From: a bacterium
GTDB lineage: Bacteria > SAR324 > NAC60-12
Assembly: GCA_965233585.1 (NCBI GenBank)
Contig: CBDDTI010000045.1
Coordinates: 1 to 11,551 of the forward strand
Direction of reading: 5' to 3'
DNA length: 11,551 nt
Shown: in pieces, positions 1 to 6,604 of the stretch
Layout of the letters: each line of letters begins with the position of its first letter
Numbering within the stretch: position 1 is the first letter of the stretch
Notes under the pieces: model-generated
Databases searched by the model: none
Told to the model about the DNA's origin: nothing
Seen by the model: only the letters and a program-made list of their open reading frames with translations
Translations under genes and position numbers: made by a program

Positions 1-30
1 TGCCTGGGCACACGCAGCAAGGCGTCTAGT

Positions 31-1178
31 TACTTGGTCAGTTAGTTTAGTTTTGGTCAGTACGAGAAACTGATCAGACAGTCATACGCGAAGTTCCCAT
101 TTTGGTCCAAAATCGTCAACCTTTAAGAATGATACTGATCTACATCAAATTGCGAATCCAAATTTGAACTACCGTATTGAGTTTTTACAAGTGCGCTAGA
201 AGGTGACTGGAATATTTCTCTATCTGATCTACTGTCTATGGTTGCTGTGATTGCCACTGATCAAGCCATCTAAAATACTTTAAACCTGGTGGCCTCATTG
301 TCAGTGTACAAAATAGTGGAAGGAATTTCACAGAGAAAATGTTCGACGAAATTCTTCTTGTTGCCTGGGGTCAGTGTATGGATTCACATTCAAACATTAT
401 GATAAATCCTACCTGCTAACAATGTAAAATGGTCCTTTGAAGTCAATCTAGTTCTTGGATAAGGGAAACCTTGATATCAGGCTAGTTCTGGATGTTATAT
501 GTGACTTTGTCTCCTTTTAAGATATCTTAAACATCAAAGCCGAATAGTTTGATATTAATTGAAAGCTTTTAAGTTCAAATAATTAAAGAAGCTCATGTTA
601 ATTACAACTACTCGGACGTGCTTAGCGCTTGAATCTGTAAAGCTTGGAAATAGCGCATTTCCAGTTACCCTTGTCTATGAAAGACTGTTAAGTATTTACT
701 TAAACAACAATTTGGCCGAGCGAGAAAAACTGGAAATTCGTCTTAATCACACAAATTTTAAGAAACGTAAGACTAACCAGAAAGAGTGTCCGGACCAACA
801 ACGTTTTTGCATACCCAAAATCAACTTTAAGGGTAATTGTGAGGACAAAAATCAAAGAGCATGATTTTAAACAAAAGAAGACAACGTCTACCTAATAGGG
901 TCGGTTAGGCAAGTTTGCCATGTGTTGCCAAGGGAATTCCTCTCTGTCTTCAGAAATTCCTTTCATTGAACTTGAGATGTTAAATGTTATCGAAATTGCT
1001 TGTAATTGTCGTCCGTTGTTTACACTGTTAAATAATGATAACCACTTTGAAACTTTCAATGGATTGATTGATTGAAATAAATAGAAAAATGGCAATGGTT
1101 TCCCTTTGGGCGTTTCCGCTCAAAGGGATAAATTGACAACCGCACGCGACACACCCACTATCCTCATAGGCGGTACTT
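31..1178 (-). repeat. Left arm of a diverged inverted segmental duplication (partner 6605-8711)
   Basis: Collinear reverse-complement anchors: ccactatcctcataggcggtactt, acgtctacctaatagggtcgg, tttggccgagcgagaaaaactg, agaagctcatgtta, gttatatgtgactt, gataagggaaacctt, gtcctttgaagtcaa, gactggaatatt, tacttggtcagt. Confidence 0.9.
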
Positions 1179-1913
1179 TATATAGTAAGATCTTGTATGC
1201 TGCATTGTATTTCAGTTTCTATCACTCTCGAAGCAGTCACATTGTTATTCTACCTCTTGTAGTCTACCCACCCTCCTTGTTTCTGTCTTTCTTCGCGACA
1301 GGGTAGGTGGCAGAGAGGTTGATTTCTTTTGGTTTTCCATGATGTGAAAATAAACTTCTCTCTTGGCCAAAAACAAACTGTGTTGTTGATGTGTTGTTGG
1401 CAGGGACAATTTATGTCAACCTGGTTGTTGAATTATTTTTATTTGCAGATTCTGACGTTAACTGAGAAGGCATGAAATTGAGCTGTAAGCCTAAGCAGGT
1501 TAAAATGTTTCCGTATGAAACAATCGTAGAGTATTATTAACTGGCCGGGCTACCTAAAACAACCACTTTTCGCATTAGAGTGGTTTACTGAGTTCTTCAA
1601 AATAAAGTACACTGGCACGAGTGACCTTCCCGGTGCAATGGTTACAATCTTTTCTTCTGAAACAGCCACTTCGGGAATAACAACATATCGTCCATCAACG
1701 AGTTTAGTTGTCATTTTGCAAGAATTATTGACTTTTTACTGTTCCTATTACCATTCCGTTACTGCTCACATTTTGGCTATTTTACCTTCTTCTCGAGTAG
1801 TGTCTACATTAAGCAGCGAAAGTATTTGGTAGCTTGATGAAGGGGAACTTTTCTGTCTCAGTCTGTATCTTGCTGAAATGTTTGCCTCGAATATAAATAC
1901 GCAAATTAAGACT

Positions 1914-2596
1914 GAATTGGTTCGTGCTTAGCGTGCGTATATCGAGTTATGGATGCACGCGGGAAGTTTGAAGAGCACGAAAGAAGCGTAAGAGTTTCTC
2001 GAGGCGCAGCCGAGAGCAACTCTAGCTTCTTGAGTGCCCTCCAAACTTCCCAAGTGCATCCATAACTTGATATACGTACAGCTGAAAGCACAAACCAATT
2101 CTTTTATAACATGGCGACAACAACTTGGGCTCTAAAACAAATTTTATTTCTGATTGACCACAATTAGTTCGCACGATGCACGCGGTGAAGGAAAACAAAC
2201 GTCTTTATTATCCTAACACAGCACAATCCAACGAAAACGCTTAACCTAGTCTCTAAAATTGTCAATGAAAAATTCGCTTCGTCGAATTAAGCTAAATTAT
2301 AATGAAAACGTAGCCAAACAATGGACAAATACTCAGTGAAAATGGAGACACGTTGAAGTAAACATATTTGCCAGGCAAAAGTCAAAGGCTCGAAGTAGGG
2401 TTTGGATTGTTCGGAATAATCTTCACATTGCCGAAACTTAAACAAAAAGAAACTCGCACTAAACTCGAAGGAAAGTTTGCCGCTGAAATGAAACTGCACA
2501 CGTAATTTTACTGAGCACGACCGTACGTACATAAAGGTTTTGTTCATAATGGCTCAATAGGGTTTAGATAGGAATAGCGCGCGCACTATGTTATAA
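1914..2596. mobile_element. Non-autonomous element: ~188-bp hairpin followed by a segment bracketed by short inverted repeats (Crypton/tyrosine-recombinase-like architecture)
   Basis: 1914-2101 is an imperfect palindrome (gaattggtt...tatatcgagttatggatgcac...gggaagtttg / caaacttccc...gtgcatccataacttgatata...aaccaattc) centred on gaggcgcagccgag. TTATAACAT (2104-2112) is inverted at ATGTTATAA (2588-2596). The hairpin is directly visible; the boundaries and class are inferred. Confidence 0.65.
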
Positions 2597-3246
2597 TTAC
2601 ATCTTTCTGCTAACATGTAGAGCAGACACCTTCAATTCAAATGTAAACCCAACAGTGTCATCTAAAGTTACGAACTGGTATAGTAAAATGTAACAGCAGA
2701 TGGAATATACGTACTTTGGAGGACAAAGACTTAATTTTGAAATATTCCTTATTTAGCTTTGACTGGCGATAAGCAACAAATAACATGGGTTGTCTCAGCT
2801 GATTTGAATTGCGTTCGAAATTTCATGCAGTATTTCTTGCCATTCTTTCTTATCTAAAAATATATTTTAAACGAATATCGAAGCTGAAATTTGGTATCTT
2901 GTAACGCTTTTGCTGCGTTTGAACTGAGTGTAAATCTAAAAGTTATTGCGAAAATTGCAAATGCAGAGTTTCAAACAAGAATTTACATCATGTATTTCAT
3001 ATAGGAGATCATCCAACGGCGGTGATATGTTTGCCGATAGCAGCGGAAAGTTTCAGGTGAATGCCCCGTTTCAAGTGAAAGTCCGGTTCAGTCTTTCAAA
3101 TGGACGGCGGCAGAAAGGCCAAGCTCCAATGAACTTAAATTCACTAAATTGTTTTTCGACGATGCTGTTGAGCGGCGGAATCACTAACATGTATGCATTC
3201 GGGTTCGAGGGGAAGAGCCTTACCAAACAGAATGGCAAGAACGATT

Positions 3247-3340
3247 TGGCCTGCGAAAACAGCCGTCCTTCATCGCTCCCGGCCCAAGTGGCGTTTCACT
3301 CGGGCCGAGAGCGATGAAGGACGGCTGTTTTCGCAGGCTA
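3247..3340. mobile_element. 94-bp palindromic miniature DNA transposon with 9-bp target-site duplication (AcademH-like termini)
   Basis: Arms gcctgcgaaaacagccgtccttcatcgctc and gagcgatgaaggacggctgttttcgcaggc are perfect reverse complements. AGAACGATT flanks both sides (3238-3246 and 3341-3349). Ends are TGGCCTG...CAGGCTA. The superfamily call is inference. Confidence 0.85.
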
Positions 3341-4036
3341 AGAACGATTGGGCAGAATCGCAAGAACATCACGGCTTGCGAAGCGCGATTCCAACGCTTC
3401 GATTTGCTCCGGTTCCAATGCTTTCTATTATTTTTGGAAAGTGAGACAAACATTCCTGCAAGACGTCACACGTATCTTTAAGATAAGCCAATTATAAAAT
3501 TTTTGCGTTGTGAGAGCAACAAGTAATTTAAACTTCCTGGCTTAGGTGGAAGTCTCTCCTCTCGTGATCCTCGCCCCCAGGATTTCTCGCAGGAGTATTT
3601 GCACTATAACACCAAATGCACTCGAAAATTGAATAATCTAATGATATTCAGAATAATATTTCAGCCTAACCTTGGCAGAAAAGGAAGAATATTCAACCTC
3701 GGCCAGAAAGACAACATTCTTATCAAAAAGAGTGAATACTAAACACTGATTCACACAGTTTTGAATTTGTATACAAACATGGTTAGATTTTCATGCATTA
3801 TTGGCCTCCGTGGTGAAGATTTGGATCAACCTGTTGGACTTCAGTTGATATTTGTCTGCCATGATTAAGTTTTACCAAACAACCTGGTGAACAACCAAGT
3901 CTAACTGGGACTGTGACAGAGGGGGATGTTTAGCTGTTACTGCTGTTTGAATCAAACGACACACATAGGACAGATTGATGATACATTCATGCTTAAAGAG
4001 ACAGAATCAAGGCAGTTATTGTTCTTCTTCAAATAT

Positions 4037-4425
4037 GGATGCGAATACCTTGGTTGAAAATGACCTGATATTTTTCTATCTATTTTGATCAATCATTGTA
4101 TTAAAAGTTTGAAACTAGTTTCCACCGTTAAACGATCGGGACGAAAACTAAGCGCAATTTCGATAACATTTAACGTGTCAAGTCCAATAAAAAGAATTTC
4201 TAAAGACAGAGAGGAATCCCCCTGGCAACATATTACAAACTTGCCTGACATTAAACTTGACTTTAGGCAAAACGGTTGTTAGTTGGGGAACTGTCAGTTC
4301 TGCTTGGTTTTACATTTCCTAAACCTTCTCTCAAGAAAGATTTTCCAGTTTTTTAAATTCGGCAAATTTTTGATTAGGTAAACACCTGGAGGCCTGCTCT
4401 AGATAAAAATAAAGTTGGACACGCG
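4037..4425 (+). repeat. ~385-bp repeat unit, copy A (direct repeat of 6050-6430)
   Basis: Shares ggatgcgaataccttggttgaaaatg, acatttaacgtgtcaagtccaat, aaaagaatttctaaagacagagaggaat, aacatattacaaacttgcctgacattaaacttgacttt and tgattaggtaaacacct with copy B. Confidence 0.93.
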
Positions 4426-4618
4426 CGTTCCCGTCGTTGCATGCGGCAGCCTGTTTAGACGGATTAGTCATGGAAACTTGTACAAGTAAAGATAAATGAC
4501 CAGTCTATCGCGAGCAGAGTTGTAATTTTTACCCCGCGGGATTCAACACTTGATCACTACTTCTGTGTTTAGAATATGCGATGCAGTGAAAATCAATCAT
4601 TAAGACTGCTAATTAGCC

Positions 4619-4819
4619 ATTTAGCAATTCGACCCGTAGCCCTCGGGCAGAAAAGGCAATAATAAAGTTAGCATATGCAAGTTGAAGAAATATTTATTTG
4701 GGAATTAATCGAAAGAAAAACCGGCGAAGTTCGCTACTCGAGGTTAATAGTCCTCTAGTAGCGTAGTCAATTAAAATGCAGGATTTGCATTAGTCCACGC
4801 ACTAGTTGGGTGATACTAA
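4619..4819. mobile_element. Internally deleted copy of a dispersed repeat, probably the same architectural class as 1914-2596
   Basis: Begins tttagcaattcgacccgtagccc, ends actagttgggtgatactaa, and contains the hairpin CGCTACTCGAGG-N8-CCTCTAGTAGCG (4732-4763). It resembles, from memory and not from a search, a coral repeat whose full copies carry a long hairpin that is absent here. Confidence 0.45.
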
Positions 4820-5231
4820 AATGGTATAGATAGTGCCATTACGTTCCTAGCAATGTTATATCTGATATAATTTGGAATGAAAACAATTACTGCTTTCCCT
4901 TTAACTACACACAATTTATTTAGCGTGTATCGCTTATTTCATCACGATTAGATGTTTTGAGTGGCAGTAGAAACGAGAAAATATTTAAGGAAAATAGACT
5001 TTTGGGATCCAAAGTGGCGGTCACTGCTTGTTTACTTATTACGTGACTCTGCAGACAAAATAACCGAGTACGTGGTTTGGTATTAACGGTGTAGTCGTTA
5101 AAAAAGACTCCGATCTTTCTCAGCAATGATTATTCTTTCTAAAAAGGCGGCATTTGACGCAAAAGAGTGGAATGACCCGCACACAGTGATATTTTGAACA
5201 GTTTATACCCATTATATTTTTATTGTTTCTC

Positions 5232-5460
5232 CTAACATGACGCGCCGTAGTCGGAACCTTCTCCGAGAGAATCTTGAGGCAAGAAGACTGTCTTGCCATT
5301 CACAGCTAGAGCAAAGCAATTGTTCAGGACAACTCCTTCGGGACAGACTTCGAAAATTGCCTGGGCGTTGATATAATAGGTTCCACTCACTGTTACTCTA
5401 GGCGGCCATTGTCATGTGACAGTCCTCTCAAAGCTCCGTCGTCAAAATCAGTGACTTCAA
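5232..5460 (-). pseudogene. TNF-superfamily ligand (TNF homology domain) exon, frameshifted pseudogene
   Basis: Minus strand reads EVTDFDDGALRGLSHDNGRL, then a 1-nt frameshift at ~5399, then RVTVSGTYYINAQAIFEVCPEGVVLNNCFALAVNGKTVFLPQDSLGEGSDYGASC* (TAG 5234-5232). GLSHDNGRL-RVTVSGTYYINAQAIF matches the TNF-domain signature G-x-x-x-x-NG-x-L-x-V-x-x-x-G-x-YY-x-Y-x-Q-x-x-F. The stop falls before the last strands of the domain. Confidence 0.78.
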
Positions 5461-5548
5461 TTGCAAAAGCCAGTTTACTGTTCCGGTCATGTAGTCACGA
5501 TGTTAGTTAAGAATCAAATCATGCCAATTTCAAAGCAATTAAAATTAC

Positions 5549-5631
5549 TGGGTATTACAAGCTAGTGGCGGCATCTGCCGCGTATGCCTTAGTTGGGTTT
5601 AAATCATGTTCCCTCCCAGCTGTCCTGATGT
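5549..5631 (-). pseudogene. Possible small middle exon of the TNF-like pseudogene
   Basis: Good acceptor tttcatttactctcTAG (ends 5632) and possible donor GTAATT (5548-5543) between the two flanking blocks. Every frame has a stop and no firm protein motif is present. Confidence 0.25.
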
Positions 5632-5770
5632 CTAGAGAGTAAATGAAACAATCGTATTCAACTTATTCTTCTGATAGAAAATCATTCGAAAAGGCATAGG
5701 CAAAGCGTAAAGGTTATGTTGCTCAGTATTTATAGTTAGGCAAAAAAATTTCCGAATTTCATACGTTTAC

Positions 5771-6061
5771 CTTCCTTTCAAAGAGTTTGTGTCGTGCAAT
5801 TTTTTTTCCCAAACGTTTATTTCGAGACTATCCTTGATCCTCATTAAATCACGACGTATTGGATGACTAGTGTATTCTCTATGCTCTTTGTCATTTCATG
5901 ATCATTATATTCGCCTCTTGCACAACCATATATGTGAACGAGCTGTCAATTACTTTCGTATCTCGTCGAATGGAATAGTTATCTAAGGTATTACGATAAT
6001 GCCAAAAAACTGAAGAATCTGAAATTTCGCCACATTTTGGAAGCTCTTCGGATGCGAATAC
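5771..6061 (-). pseudogene. Decayed exon upstream of the TNF-domain exon, probably the stalk/pro-region of the same gene
   Basis: Acceptor-like cattttcaaccAAG| before 6061 and donor AAG|GTAAAC after 5771. Reads VFASEELPKCGEISDSSVFWHYRNTLDNYSIRRDTKVIDSSFT and, after frameshifts, REYTSHPIRRDLMRIKDSLEINVWEKKLHDTNSLKG. A clear paralogue lies at 8962-9239. Assignment to the TNF gene is inferred from strand and position. Confidence 0.5.
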
Positions 6062-6430
6062 CTTGGTTGAAAATGCACTGATAGTTTTCTATCTATTTCG
6101 ATCAATATCATATTGAAAATTTGAAACTGGTTATTACAATTAAACCTTCGAGACGACAATAAACGCAATTTCGATGACATTTAACGTGTCAAGTCCAATG
6201 AAAAGAATTTCTAAAGACAGAGAGGAATTCCCCTGGTAACATATTACAAACTTGCCTGACATTAAACTTGACTTTGGGCAAAACAATTGTTGGGTGGGAA
6301 ACTCTTTCTGCTTGGTTTACATTTCTTAAAACTTCTCTTAAGAAGAAATTTCCAGTTTTTCAGATCAGATCAATGTTTGATTAGGTAAACACCTAGAGGC
6401 CTGCTCTAGACAAATGGAGTTGGACATGCG
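6050..6430 (+). repeat. ~380-bp repeat unit, copy B
   Basis: Direct repeat of 4037-4425. More distantly related to ~6693-7150 and, inverted, to ~670-1090. Confidence 0.93.
6224..6240. promoter_or_regulatory. NF-kB-like site (GGGGAATTCC on - strand) abutting an RFX-like half-site; equivalents at 924-940, 4213-4229, 6846-6862
   Basis: GGAATTCCCC (6224-6233) fits the kB consensus GGGRNWYYCC on the minus strand and is followed by TGGTAAC. Motif match only; no functional evidence. Confidence 0.4.
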
Positions 6431-6491
6431 TATTATTTAAGCTTTGCAGGTCAGAATCTGCAAATAAACATAACTCAATACCTCGATGGGA

Positions 6492-6604
6492 GATACCTTG
6501 TTAGTTTTTCTATTTGTTTCAATCAGTGCATCCACGAAAGGTTTGAAACTGGTTATCACCATTAAACAACGGACGACAATTAAGCACAATTTTGACAATA
6601 TTTG
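6492..6604 (+). repeat. Truncated copy C of the repeat unit (first ~110 bp)
   Basis: gataccttg...tttttctatt...gtttgaaactggttatcaccattaaacaacggacgacaatt matches the starts of copies A, B and D (aaacaacggacgacaatt recurs at ~6765-6782). Confidence 0.75.

Noticed and set aside
1086..1178. Hammerhead, HDV-like ribozyme, U7 snRNA or Helitron 3'-end readings of the hairpin block
   Set aside because: No CUGANGA core before the stem, no P1.1/P4 elements, no clear histone-downstream-element complement, and no CTRR terminus where homology ends.
595..1306. ORFs 595-864, 892-1095, 1106-1306 and their look-alikes at 4085-4282, 5983-6180, 6519-6710 (shared peptides such as DREEFPWQH and SAQRDKL)
   Set aside because: The shared peptides come from the DNA repeat. 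Indels and stops differ between copies and no frame is preserved.
1260..1318. Weak inverted repeat ctacccaccct / agggtaggtgg
   Set aside because: Short and mismatched with no TSD; may be a decayed miniature element but cannot be supported.
1480..1714. 54-aa minus-strand ORF (1714-1550) with IVTIAPG, plus FEEL and KHFN nearby, faintly like a Helitron Rep/Hel N-terminal motif
   Set aside because: Needs several frameshifts and the matches are too short. A BLASTX hit to Helitron proteins would be required.
2946..3453. Longest ORF (123 aa) and two overlapping ORFs
   Set aside because: No recognisable domain; they run through the GC-rich 94-bp palindromic insertion, which suppresses stops.
2790..3480. 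Possible TTAA-ended DNA transposon ending gacgtcacacgtatctttaa
   Set aside because: No matching opposite terminus found in the window.
3668..3720. Degenerate ~26-bp tandem pair (aaccttggcagaaaagg / aacctcggccagaaaga)
   Set aside because: Only two poor copies; not an array and not CRISPR-like.
4037..6430. LTR retrotransposon reading of the direct repeats
   Set aside because: No TG...CA ends, PBS, PPT, TSD or gag/pol remnants; the interior holds a TNF-like relic.
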